A stretch of DNA of 64,000 bases, taken from the IMG/VR virus record IMGVR_UViG_3300048854_000081, positions 192,001-256,000 of that record. One strand, 5' to 3'. Below the pieces are notes generated by a model. It was not told where the DNA came from. It made no database searches and saw nothing but the letters and a program-made list of their open reading frames with translations. This document shows, one piece after another, positions 9,675 through 18,274 of the stretch (positions are counted from its first letter, which is position 1; the number at the start of each line of letters is the position of its first letter). Both the position numbers and the translations under genes were made by a program. The DNA is from a virus (lineage: Duplodnaviria > Caudoviricetes).

Positions 9675-9759
9675 GGGTCGGTAGTCCCGTATGGTTCGGG
9701 GGGAGTCTGTAAAACTTCTGTCATTGACCAGCTAGGTTCGATTCCTAGTCGGCCCACCA
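9675..9759 (+). tRNA. tRNA-Tyr(GTA)
   Basis: Cloverleaf, loop ctGTAaa, T-loop, encoded CCA. Confidence 0.9.
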
Positions 9760-9770
9760 AATTACAAGTG

Positions 9771-9799
9771 TTGACAAGCTAGTTTAAAACGTGTAGAAT
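9771..9799 (+). promoter_or_regulatory. Sigma70-type promoter inside tRNA cluster
   Basis: TTGACA-17-TAGAAT. Confidence 0.65.
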
Positions 9800-9826
9800 G
9801 TCGAAAACAAGTTTGTCAAAAAATAC

Positions 9827-9902
9827 GGAAAGGTGACAGTGATGGTTCATGTGGCGGTCTGAAAAGCCGTAGATGTCGGTTCGATCCCGACCCTTTCCAC
9901 CA
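9827..9902 (+). tRNA. tRNA-Phe(GAA)
   Basis: Loop ctGAAaa, acceptor ggaaagg/cctttcc, CCA. Confidence 0.9.
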
Positions 9903-9922
9903 AATAAAAAGAGAGCAAGATA

Positions 9923-10252
9923 ATGGACACGAATTTCAATAAAAACTTCCTTACGAATACAGATGATACAGGCCGCTTTGTGGTCACTTCTCAGCGTACA
10001 GGTCGTGTCTATTATGTTGAACCGATTGACGACCGTCAGGCAACTGATTGGACGAAGTGGGGTTCTATCGATCCTGCGACTGGTAAGCTAATGAATAAAC
10101 ATGCATTCCGTAAATATCATGGTGCAGTTTCAGAAGAAGAAAGTCTAGTCAAGTTGGAAAATGGTTTTAATAAAGTACACATGTTGGAACGCGGTACCAG
10201 TCCACATCACGCAATTGATGTCATTGATGCCCAATATCCAGATAAGGTGTAA
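9923..10252 (+). CDS. Hypothetical phage protein
   Basis: 109-aa ORF between tRNAs. Confidence 0.7.
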   Translation: MDTNFNKNFLTNTDDTGRFVVTSQRTGRVYYVEPIDDRQATDWTKWGSIDPATGKLMNKHAFRKYHGAVSEEESLVKLENGFNKVHMLERGTSPHHAIDVIDAQYPDKV

Positions 10253-10264
10253 TTTAAGAGTTAT

Positions 10265-10347
10265 GTAAGCGTGGGCGAGTGGTTATGCCAGCAGACTGTA
10301 AATCTGCCTCCTAGCGGAAACTGTAGGTTCGAATCCTACCGCTTACA
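10265..10347 (+). tRNA. tRNA-Tyr(GTA), CCA not encoded
   Basis: gcaga-ctGTAaa-tctgc, long variable arm. Confidence 0.88.
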
Positions 10348-10408
10348 CATTCGGTTCGAATAAGAATTCGAACCATAAATACATGAAGAATACAGAGTAA
10401 GACACTTC

Positions 10409-11035
10409 ATGTACTATACGATTTATAAGACTACCAACTTGAAAAATGGTAAGTATTATTTGGGTATGCATCAGACTAAAAATTTGGATGATGGATATAT
10501 CGGATCAGGAAAATTGCTCCGACGTGCGATTGAAAAATATGGATTTGATTCTTTCAAGAAAGAAATTCTTTTTGTATTTGACAATTCAGCCGACATGTAT
10601 ACTAAAGAACGAGAGTTAATAACGGAGGATGAAATTAAGAACCCTCTTTGTTACAATCTTGCTCCGGGTGGTTGGGGTGGGAATAGAATTATAGATAAAA
10701 CTCACAAGGTATGGTCAGTTGAACACTTTGTGATGATGCATGAAATTCTTAGTGAAAAGATCAAGAACGATCCACGTACTAAGGAAATTTTTAAGAATAA
10801 TGGGTTGAGGATGGCCGCAGTTATTAATAATGGCGACTACCACAATCCACGTATGACCGGTAAGACTCACAAGGATTCTACCAAAGAAAAAATGAGATTA
10901 TCAAAAGTCGGAAAAGTAAATGGTGTTGATAATCCAAGCTATGGTACGATGTGGATTACTGACGGTATCAATAATAGAAAGGTCAAGAAAGATTCTATTA
11001 TTCCCGAAGGCTGGCGTAAAGGAAGAAAGTTTTAA
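10409..11035 (+). mobile_element. Free-standing GIY-YIG (Seg-like) homing endonuclease with NUMOD3
   Basis: YTIYKTTN..NGKYYLG, YIGSG, YNL..GG, GKTH.DSTKEKMR. Confidence 0.9.
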
Positions 11036-11039
11036 TATG

Positions 11040-11068
11040 TTGACATGATCCTTTAAGAAAGATATTAT
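11040..11068 (+). promoter_or_regulatory. Sigma70-type promoter
   Basis: TTGACA-17-TATTAT. Confidence 0.65.
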
Positions 11069-11091
11069 GTCATCATAACGGAAACAGTATA

Positions 11092-11331
11092 ATGAATGAT
11101 GCACCACAGATTGTAACAGAAGAAGTAACACCAGAAGTTGTTGTTGAAACAAACGTAAAGCAGACTCTAAAGCGTAATTCATTGGGTCAGTTTTATCGTA
11201 AGCTTGGACGTGTAGTTGTTCCGCATGGTCAGACTTACAATGTTGGTAGCAATCGTACTAAGGCCGCGCTTTCGGTTATTAAGAAAGCTGCGAAGAGAGC
11301 ACGACGCGCTGCTAAGCGTTTGGGTCAGTAA
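11092..11331 (+). CDS. Small basic hypothetical protein
   Basis: Lys/Arg-rich C-terminus. Confidence 0.6.
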   Translation: MNDAPQIVTEEVTPEVVVETNVKQTLKRNSLGQFYRKLGRVVVPHGQTYNVGSNRTKAALSVIKKAAKRARRAAKRLGQ

Positions 11332-11334
11332 ATC

Positions 11335-11595
11335 ATGGCTCGCGTAAGAGTTGATGTGGAAGAGGTTCTAAAGCTAAGAGCTAGGATGGATGAAATAAAC
11401 AGCCACGCTCTCAAGAATGTAGACTTCTACCACAAAGGTAAGAAGGTAAAAATTTCAGCCGAAGATATTAACGACTGGAAATATACAGGCTTATCGACAA
11501 TGTTTTTCGTCGAGACCGTGATTAAGGATGAGTACTTGCTAGGATTGACCGTAATCAGAGACGAATGCGGTAATCCGATAGCAGTACAAGGGTAA
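11335..11595 (+). CDS. Hypothetical protein
   Basis: ORF ending just before tRNA-Ile. Confidence 0.6.
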   Translation: MARVRVDVEEVLKLRARMDEINSHALKNVDFYHKGKKVKISAEDINDWKYTGLSTMFFVETVIKDEYLLGLTVIRDECGNPIAVQG

Positions 11596-11597
11596 AT

Positions 11598-11673
11598 GGT
11601 TCTGTAGCTCAGTTGGTAGAGCAATCGACCGATAATCGATATGTCGCAGGTTCGAATCCTGCCGGAACCACCA
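11598..11673 (+). tRNA. tRNA-Ile(GAT)
   Basis: atcga-ccGATaa-tcgat (C33), CCA. Confidence 0.92.
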
Positions 11674-11694
11674 GTTTTTGTTTGGTAAAAGCGA

Positions 11695-11760
11695 GTGATG
11701 ATAGTATAATGATAGTACTCCACATGGCTGGGCAGCGTGGGTTTGATTCCCACCATCATG
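11695..11760 (+). pseudogene. tRNA-like element with truncated anticodon arm
   Basis: D-arm agta/tact, T-arm gtggg-tttgatt-cccac, acceptor gtgatg/catcat, no CCA. Confidence 0.55.
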
Positions 11761-11802
11761 AGCGCTAGGTAGTGTACATACATAGCACCAAACAAGTTTT
11801 AT

Positions 11803-11877
11803 GGAGCGTGAAGCATCTGGTGAGGCTGGCACACTGTCTATGTGCTGAGACGGGTTCGATCCCCGTACGTTCCGCCA
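11803..11877 (+). tRNA. tRNA-Asp(GTC)
   Basis: gcaca-ctGTCta-tgtgc, GCCA. Confidence 0.9.
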
Positions 11878-11884
11878 GTTTTAC

Positions 11885-11958
11885 AGTGGTGTCGTATAAA
11901 GGTATTATGTCGGTCTGTCTAACCGAAGAAGCGGGATCGTTACCCGTCATCACTGCCA
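11885..11958 (+). tRNA. tRNA-Asp(GTC), second divergent copy
   Basis: tcggt-ctGTCta-accga, atypical T-loop, GCCA. Confidence 0.82.
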
Positions 11959-11968
11959 GTTTTAAAAT

Positions 11969-12063
11969 GGGCAAGGTACCCCGTATGGAATCGGGGATTT
12001 AGCTGAAAAGCTAAAATACTGCAAACTCAACAATTGTAGGTTCGAATCCTATCTTGCCCACCA
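11969..12063 (+). tRNA. Atypical tRNA (Phe GAA-like, 8-nt or 6-nt anticodon loop, long variable region)
   Basis: tttag-ctGAAaag-ctaaa; acceptor gggcaag/cttgccc; ACCA. Confidence 0.6.
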
Positions 12064-12065
12064 TT

Positions 12066-12200
12066 TGTACTCGCTACTATTTCATGCAAATGATCTTCTG
12101 TAGTGCCAAATCCTAGAGGTCTGGACCCAATGTCATTTTCTTAGTTACTAAGATATTAGGTGAAAACTAAACTGAGCGCACCACAGCGAGAAGTGGACCA
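12066..12200 (+). ncRNA. Unidentified structured RNA ending in ACCA
   Basis: ctcgct/agcgag closing stem, internal hairpins including a GCAA tetraloop, lies between tRNAs. Confidence 0.45.
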
Positions 12201-12205
12201 GTTTT

Positions 12206-12281
12206 GGACAGTTAGCGCTCTGGTGATTGCACGGGTCTGTTAAACCCGGTTAGGTGGGTCCGATTCCCACACTGTCCGCCA
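12206..12281 (+). tRNA. tRNA-Asn(GTT)
   Basis: cgggt-ctGTTaa-acccg, GCCA. Confidence 0.88.
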
Positions 12282-12335
12282 TTCATAGTTAGCTGATAGG
12301 TATAAATACATGGGTAACCGTGAATTTATCAGCTA

Positions 12336-12974
12336 ATGAAAATAGAAGATGTAGATTTAGAAACACTGAAAAGAGTTGTATCAGAAAATAAATCCAAAAG
12401 GCAAGTCTTACTTTATTTTGGGATTTCTAGTAAGAATGGAAATCAGAACGCTAAACTAGATCGAATTATTAAAGATAATAATATAGAGTCATCCCATTTC
12501 TCTAGAGATAAAGATTTTTCTATAATAGATAGTATTATTAGTACATGTGTATCTTATAAAGATATTGGTGTAAGAATGGGCATAGCACATGATGATAAAT
12601 CCATGCATGCCAGTTATTATACTAAGATCAGAAATTATATAGAATCTAACAATTTAGATATTTCACATTTTAATGATGGTGGTAGATATCATAATGCCGG
12701 AATACGATATTCATTAGAAAATATATTTGTTGAAAAATCTGAAGTGTCTAAACAAACACTAAAGAAAAGATATATAAAATATAGAATTGAAAATGATATA
12801 CAGGTAAGTTGTTGTGACCGATGTAGGATAAGCGAATGGATGGGTGATCCTCTAAGTTTGCAGTTAGATCATATCAATGGTACAAATGATGATAATAGGA
12901 TTGACAATCTCAGATTGATATGTCCTAATTGTCATTCACAGACAGAAACGTTTGCTGGTAAAAATAGAAATTAA
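12336..12974 (+). mobile_element. HNH homing endonuclease
   Basis: CDRC...LQLDHING..DNRIDNLRLICPNCHSQT; TATAAATA at 12301. Confidence 0.9.
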
Positions 12975-12984
12975 AGTTTAATGT

Positions 12985-13113
12985 TCTTCAGTAGCATAGT
13001 GGCCTAATGCATCGGACTGTGGATCAAGACGTAAAAGCGTCCAAGGCTAGTGCAAGTCTAGTAGATCAAAGATAATCCGGGGATCGTGAGTTCGACTCTC
13101 ACCTGAAGAGCCA
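12985..13113 (+). tRNA. tRNA (most likely Asn GTT) interrupted by a 52-nt insertion in the anticodon loop
   Basis: Intact acceptor, D, anticodon stem (tcgga/tccgg) and T arms; ctgt[52 nt]taa; G73. Confidence 0.7.
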
Positions 13114-13148
13114 GATTTAGTAAGACCAAAGTATGTAGAGTACTTTGG

Positions 13149-13226
13149 GGTGTCGGTGATGGAATTGGTAGACATGACGCACTGTGAATGCGTATTTTGC
13201 GGGATCGTACCCCGTCTGGCACCCCA
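13149..13226 (+). tRNA. tRNA-His(GTG)
   Basis: acgca-ctGTGaa-tgcgt; G-1 and C73, CCA. Confidence 0.88.
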
Positions 13227-13244
13227 AAGTACTTTAGGAATAAT

Positions 13245-13364
13245 ATGAATATTAAAATGATTTGGAATAAGACACTTGGTGTTATGAGTGATTTATTCGA
13301 TACGGTATTCACAGCAATCGATGCCATAGCTTCACTTTTTGATGGTATTGACATCGACGATTAA
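13245..13364 (+). CDS. Possible small acidic peptide (39 aa)
   Basis: AGGA SD then MNIKMIWNKTLG...GIDIDD, fills the gap between tRNAs. Confidence 0.35.
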   Translation: MNIKMIWNKTLGVMSDLFDTVFTAIDAIASLFDGIDIDD

Positions 13365-13368
13365 ATAC

Positions 13369-13443
13369 GGGATTATAGCTCAAAGGCAGAGCAAGTGGCT
13401 TTTAACCACGAGGTTGAGATTTCGAAATTCTCTAGTCCCACCA
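13369..13443 (+). tRNA. tRNA-Lys(TTT)
   Basis: gtgg-ctTTTaa-ccac, ACCA. Confidence 0.85.
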
Positions 13444-13449
13444 TTTTAC

Positions 13450-13525
13450 GGAACGGTAGCTTAACTGGTAAAGTCGCTGACTCTTAATCAGCTTGATGTG
13501 AGTTCGACTCTCACTCGTTCCACCA
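13450..13525 (+). tRNA. tRNA-Lys(CTT)
   Basis: gctga-ctCTTaa-tcagc, ACCA. Confidence 0.9.
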
Positions 13526-13530
13526 GACAT

Positions 13531-13555
13531 AAAAGCACCCTCAGGGTGCTTTTTT
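13531..13555 (+). terminator. Terminator ending tRNA cluster 1
   Basis: aaaagcaccc-tca-gggtgctttttt. Confidence 0.85.
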
Positions 13556-13583
13556 CGTATCCTCACTCACTAAAAAGAATACC

Positions 13584-14408
13584 ATGCATTGGATTCTCCA
13601 AAATAATCTCTTCAATGAAGCTGCCTACGCCACTCTTCTTGAGACGCTAGAGCGGTTCTCCATTCCATACTCTATCCACAAGGTTGTCCCCTTCGTAGGT
13701 GAGCTTGTCCCTGAGCCTACCATCGATCATAAGAATGTGATCTGTATGGGTTCCTACTCCCTCCGTCATGCTGCCAAGAAAGCTGGCTGGAATCCCGGTG
13801 TCTTTGACCTTGAGCCTTTCAACTTTCAGGTCCAACTTGAGCACTGGGGTGACCACATGCTCAATGCTGATGCCATTGTTTGTAAGTTTAAGGACGTTGA
13901 CTTTGAGGGTGAACGCTTCATCCGTCCTATCGAAGACAGTAAGGTATTTGCTGGAAACGTCTTTGACCGTCTATACTTCAAGGACTGGCAACACAAAGTT
14001 TGTGATCTAGAGGAAGACTATGGTAATTCGCTTACCAAGGACACTCTGGTTCAGGTCTGTCCACTAAAGCAAATTTATGCCGAGTACCGATTCTGGATTG
14101 TCAATCAGAAGATCGTTTCTGCATCACTCTACAAACGTGGTGATAATGTAATATATTCTTCGGACGTTGATCAGCGGTTCCATAATTATGTGAATCAGAT
14201 TTTACGTACCAAGAATCGAGTAACAGATATCACGTTGAGTGTAGAGAACAAAGGGTGGGCACCACATGATGCGTTTGTCATCGATGTGGCTGATACCGAC
14301 CAAGGATTGAAGGTAGTTGAAATTAACACTTTGAATTCCAGTGGATTCTATGCTTGTAACCTAACCGATTTGGTTTTAACTCTTGAAAGAGAATTTAATA
14401 ATGATTAA
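13584..14408 (+). CDS. ATP-grasp protein (DUF4343/R2K-like)
   Basis: FIRP..DSKVFAG, EYRFWIV, VIDVA, VVEIN..NSSGFY. Confidence 0.85.
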   Translation: MHWILQNNLFNEAAYATLLETLERFSIPYSIHKVVPFVGELVPEPTIDHKNVICMGSYSLRHAAKKAGWNPGVFDLEPFNFQVQLEHWGDHMLNADAIVCKFKDVDFEGERFIRPIEDSKVFAGNVFDRLYFKDWQHKVCDLEEDYGNSLTKDTLVQVCPLKQIYAEYRFWIVNQKIVSASLYKRGDNVIYSSDVDQRFHNYVNQILRTKNRVTDITLSVENKGWAPHDAFVIDVADTDQGLKVVEINTLNSSGFYACNLTDLVLTLEREFNND

Positions 14409-14661
14409 TGAGAAAGTTCGCTTGGCCTTTATGGAAACGATGGATGAGTCTGATTTCTATCGACCACATGATTGTTTAGCTGAAGCATTTGCTGGTCCAT
14501 TTACTGATGAGCAGATCAGGAAGCTTCTTCTGATGATTCCTGACCACACCTTCGGTAAGGGAATACAATGGACCTTTGGTGATACGGAAGTTGGTGATGA
14601 TATCTACACCTTTATTCTTCTTAATAATGAAAGAATAAAAACAGAATTAAAAATAGATTAA
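14401..14661 (+). CDS. Hypothetical protein
   Basis: Coupled ORF followed by terminator. Confidence 0.6.
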   Translation: MINEKVRLAFMETMDESDFYRPHDCLAEAFAGPFTDEQIRKLLLMIPDHTFGKGIQWTFGDTEVGDDIYTFILLNNERIKTELKID

Positions 14662-14706
14662 AGCACCTTCGGGTGCTTTTTCATATCTTCAAAATAAATA
14701 GAATAT

Positions 14707-15450
14707 ATGAAAATACAAGACATTATTACGGAAAGCCCAATTCTACTTGAACGTATCCATCAGGGTAAGGAATTCGCACAGGTTGTGGCAGCATCCAAGC
14801 GCGCTTTCAACAGTCTAGACCACGATTGTCAGAGTTTTATTTCCGAATGGGAAACTGCCAATTGGGATAGAGGCAAGCTAGAGGCAGCATTCAAAGGTAA
14901 GTCTGGTTTCTGCTATGATGAAATTGTTAAAGCTTTCGCTCCTGTAAAGGCTCTTCTACACCAAATTTTCGGTGATACCATTACTCTTCATCGCGGACAA
15001 AGAAATTACTCCGAAGATAAGTTGAACATGGATCGTACCTTGTTCTCATGGACCTTCGATGAGCGTGTGGCTAAGGACTTTGCTGGTCAAGGCTCCCGCA
15101 ACTTGTACAACATTCCTAAGGTTGAAGATATTGAGAAAGCGGTAGCTCGGTATGAACGAACTGGCTTCACAACGTTTGGTCGCTATAAGTACAAGAAATC
15201 GCAAGAGTATCCTGACTATTATTACATCTATGACAAAGATAATAATATGATCACGGATGGTGATGATCTTCGAAAGCAATTGATGCGGGATCGTGAAGGA
15301 CGTATTCACGACAATGAAGTCCAAAAGAAACGTGGTGAAGTGAAGACGTTCGAAATCCCAATCGATGATATTGCATGGATTACCAACAATCTCAATAGTA
15401 AAGAATTTATTACTCACATCAACCCATTAAAACATCCGGAAACGACATGA
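14707..15450 (+). CDS. Putative virion-packaged protein, possible R-S-E ADP-ribosyltransferase
   Basis: MKIQDIITE leader; TLHRG, FSWT, SKEF; late promoter. Confidence 0.55.
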   Translation: MKIQDIITESPILLERIHQGKEFAQVVAASKRAFNSLDHDCQSFISEWETANWDRGKLEAAFKGKSGFCYDEIVKAFAPVKALLHQIFGDTITLHRGQRNYSEDKLNMDRTLFSWTFDERVAKDFAGQGSRNLYNIPKVEDIEKAVARYERTGFTTFGRYKYKKSQEYPDYYYIYDKDNNMITDGDDLRKQLMRDREGRIHDNEVQKKRGEVKTFEIPIDDIAWITNNLNSKEFITHINPLKHPETT

Positions 15451-15737
15451 AAATTCAAGAAATCATTACAGAAAACTTTGGTCACGAAATGAAAGAAAAA
15501 GTATTCGATTACCTTATGGATATGGCTCGCCAAGGTGGAAAGTATCGTGACGACAAGGATCGTCAATGGGTTCAATCCAAACTGGATGATCGTGGCAACT
15601 TTACCTATCAGCAGCATGACGTAGGCAATCGACAGAGTAAGGATACACTCTGGACTTGCTCCTTTGATGATCTTGGAATGGTCAGCATGTCTAAGTCGGT
15701 GAATGGTAAGTCCGTTCTGATGTTCAAGAGAACTTGA
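15447..15737 (+). CDS. Putative internal head protein
   Basis: MKIQEIITE leader. Confidence 0.6.
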   Translation: MKIQEIITENFGHEMKEKVFDYLMDMARQGGKYRDDKDRQWVQSKLDDRGNFTYQQHDVGNRQSKDTLWTCSFDDLGMVSMSKSVNGKSVLMFKRT

Positions 15738-15768
15738 CTTTCATCTTATAACCCTATACAGTATTTGT

Positions 15769-15963
15769 ATGAATACTGAAAACACACAAACCAGAAAAGA
15801 AGAACTGGCCGAAAAGATCACTAGATTGACCAAACAAATTTCCCATCATCATGGGGTTCTTGAAAAGGTCCAACCTAATCGATGGTTCGATCAAAGCCGC
15901 AGAAACCTTGCTGATTCGGAACTTGAATTACAGCAACTCCAAGAAGAGTTCAATAACCTTTAA
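15769..15963 (+). CDS. Small coiled-coil protein
   Basis: ORF followed by terminator. Confidence 0.55.
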   Translation: MNTENTQTRKEELAEKITRLTKQISHHHGVLEKVQPNRWFDQSRRNLADSELELQQLQEEFNNL

Positions 15964-16105
15964 AGCCACGGAATCCGTGGCTTTTTCATTTCTAAACTAC
16001 CTGAACCAATCCTGAACATTCCAAATTATATACTTGCTTGAAATGGGTTGCATCTATACACTTCCCCTCATGGCAACGAGCCATACACAACAAAGGATAT
16101 TCAAC

Positions 16106-17221
16106 GTGGAAACATTTCGTCATTATTACCTCAAGTCGAGTATTGCTACTCTTCTTGGCATCATAGCCGGTGGCATTCTCGGTTACGTTCATTCTGGTGG
16201 TAACACTTTTACCATCGCCTTCACCGCCGCACTCTCCGGTATGTTCACAGTTGCCCTACTTTCCATTCTGGAAGTATCGGTTTCATTCGATAACGCAGTA
16301 CTAAACGCTACGGTTCTGAAGAAGCTTTCTGACCAGCATCGTAAGTGGTTCCTCTTTTGGGGTATTCTGATCGCCGTTGTCGGTATGCGATTGGCCTTCC
16401 CAGTCCTGATCGTCTCCGCAGTGGGTTCCATTTCACCAATTGCTGCCTTCACCTTGGCGGTTACCAACCCTTCTCAGTACTCGGTCATTCTCACTGAATC
16501 CAACGATTATGTGTCTGCTTTCGGTGGTGCATTCCTTCTGATGGTGGTGCTGAACTTCTTCCTCAATCGTGAGAAGGAAAATCATTGGTTGGGTTGGCTT
16601 GAAGCTCCGTTGACCAAGCTTGCCGAACTGAAGGTCATCGTTGCCCTTGCAGTAGTCTCGCTTACCAGCTTCGAAGTTGCTCCGGATCGTCAGCATACCT
16701 TCATGCTTGCCGGTATTCTCGGTGTCGGTCTCCACATGCTGGTCGATTGGGTTAAGAACTATCTTGAAGAGCATCATCCAGAAGCCGCTCCCGGCGCTGC
16801 ACTGACCTTCAAGGCTGCTATCGCAACTCTGCTATACCTTGAAATCCTTGACGCTAGCATGTCGTTTGACGGTGTTGTAGGTGCCTTCGCAATCACCACG
16901 GATATCTTCCAAGTGATGATTGGTCTCGGTGTCGGTGCATATTGGGTACGTTCGATCACCATTCATCTGGTTGAGAAGGACACCATGGCTGAATTCCGAT
17001 TCCTTGAGCACGGCGCACTGTATGCGATTGCCTGCCTTGCCATCATCATGTTCGTCAAGGTTAACCACCACGTTCCTGAAGTCTTCACTGGTATGGTTAG
17101 CTTGGTCATCATCGTGATTGCGGTCATCCACTCGCACATTCTCAACAAGAATGAAGCTGCCGCTGGTACGGATGAATCAACTCTGGTACAATACGCAGAG
17201 CAGCATCCTGAGACGACCTAA
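16106..17221 (+). CDS. TerC-family (DUF475) membrane protein
   Basis: LEVSVSFDNAVLNA, LEILDASMSFDGVVGAFAIT; multiple TM segments; GTG start with AAGGA. Confidence 0.9.
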   Translation: METFRHYYLKSSIATLLGIIAGGILGYVHSGGNTFTIAFTAALSGMFTVALLSILEVSVSFDNAVLNATVLKKLSDQHRKWFLFWGILIAVVGMRLAFPVLIVSAVGSISPIAAFTLAVTNPSQYSVILTESNDYVSAFGGAFLLMVVLNFFLNREKENHWLGWLEAPLTKLAELKVIVALAVVSLTSFEVAPDRQHTFMLAGILGVGLHMLVDWVKNYLEEHHPEAAPGAALTFKAAIATLLYLEILDASMSFDGVVGAFAITTDIFQVMIGLGVGAYWVRSITIHLVEKDTMAEFRFLEHGALYAIACLAIIMFVKVNHHVPEVFTGMVSLVIIVIAVIHSHILNKNEAAAGTDESTLVQYAEQHPETT

Positions 17222-17276
17222 TAAACCATGAAGGAGAGGATAACCCTCTCCTTCTTTTTAAGAGAATAAAAACACT

Positions 17277-18260
17277 ATGACAACCGTAACTCTACCCGCT
17301 AAAATCGTTACTGATGAAATGCTCTCCAACATTGGTAAGGATACTGGTAATGCTCTGTCTACCATCACCAATCATATGCTTGAGCTTCAGAAGGCTACTG
17401 ATACGGGTGCTCTTGGTGACAAGATCAATGAACTACTTAATGCTTCCCGCGAAATGTCTGCGGAAAACTTTAAGAAAGGTCCGCTACAGCAAGCTATCAG
17501 CAAGGTTCTTCGTATCAAGGACAATGCTCTAGCTCGTTTTCAGACGGCACAGGATAAGGTCAATCAGCTTGTTCGCAAGTATGATGTTGCCCGTCAGGAA
17601 GAGGTTAAGAACATTGCTCAGATCGGCGAGCTTTCCAAGGCCAATTATGAACTCTGCAAGCGTTTGATTTCTAATCTTGAGCAGTATGAAGAAGCTATCG
17701 TAACCATTGAAGCAGAAATTGCAGCCTATGGTACTGATACAACCAATCTGACTTTCGAAGAAAGCAAATCGCTCGCTGATGCTAGAAGTCGTCTGGATAA
17801 GGCTACGATGAATCGTAATCAAACACAGTCGCTTAAGGTACTGTCGATGCAGGCTGATCCGAGCATTGAAGGTATGAAGGCCACCAGTTCTTTTGTTATT
17901 CAGCAATTGGATAACATTACACAGAACATCATTCCTACCTATACGATCTTTTTCATCAAGTATCTTCAGGCGAAGCAGACTGAGGGTAAGCTCAACCTTA
18001 TCAAGAAGTCTAAGGAAATCACCAACCAAGCAGTAATTGCTGCTGGTGAACTGAGCGCACAGAATGCGATCAATGCTGCCAAGATGTCGCAGGATGAATT
18101 TATCGATATCGAAACCGTACGTAAGGATCATGAAACCATGATCAATTCAATCGCTGAGGTTAAGCGAATTCAGGAAGAAGGTCGTCAGCGTCGCCAAGCT
18201 GCATTCGGTGAACTGAAGGCTCTTGAACAGAAAACAATCGAAGCATTTTCCAAAAACTAA
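17277..18260 (+). CDS. TelA/KlaA toxic anion resistance protein
   Basis: Long coiled coil, IDIETV motif, ter-operon context. Confidence 0.75.
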   Translation: MTTVTLPAKIVTDEMLSNIGKDTGNALSTITNHMLELQKATDTGALGDKINELLNASREMSAENFKKGPLQQAISKVLRIKDNALARFQTAQDKVNQLVRKYDVARQEEVKNIAQIGELSKANYELCKRLISNLEQYEEAIVTIEAEIAAYGTDTTNLTFEESKSLADARSRLDKATMNRNQTQSLKVLSMQADPSIEGMKATSSFVIQQLDNITQNIIPTYTIFFIKYLQAKQTEGKLNLIKKSKEITNQAVIAAGELSAQNAINAAKMSQDEFIDIETVRKDHETMINSIAEVKRIQEEGRQRRQAAFGELKALEQKTIEAFSKN

Positions 18261-18274
18261 TTAAGGATAACATC

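Noticed and set aside
11427-12002. ORFs overlapping tRNA cluster 1 (also 13058-13354, 33788-33985, 38926-39120)
   Set aside because: They are translations of tRNA genes.
13021-13072. Group I/II self-splicing intron
   Set aside because: Only 52 nt, no catalytic core motifs, no terminal G in the best registers.
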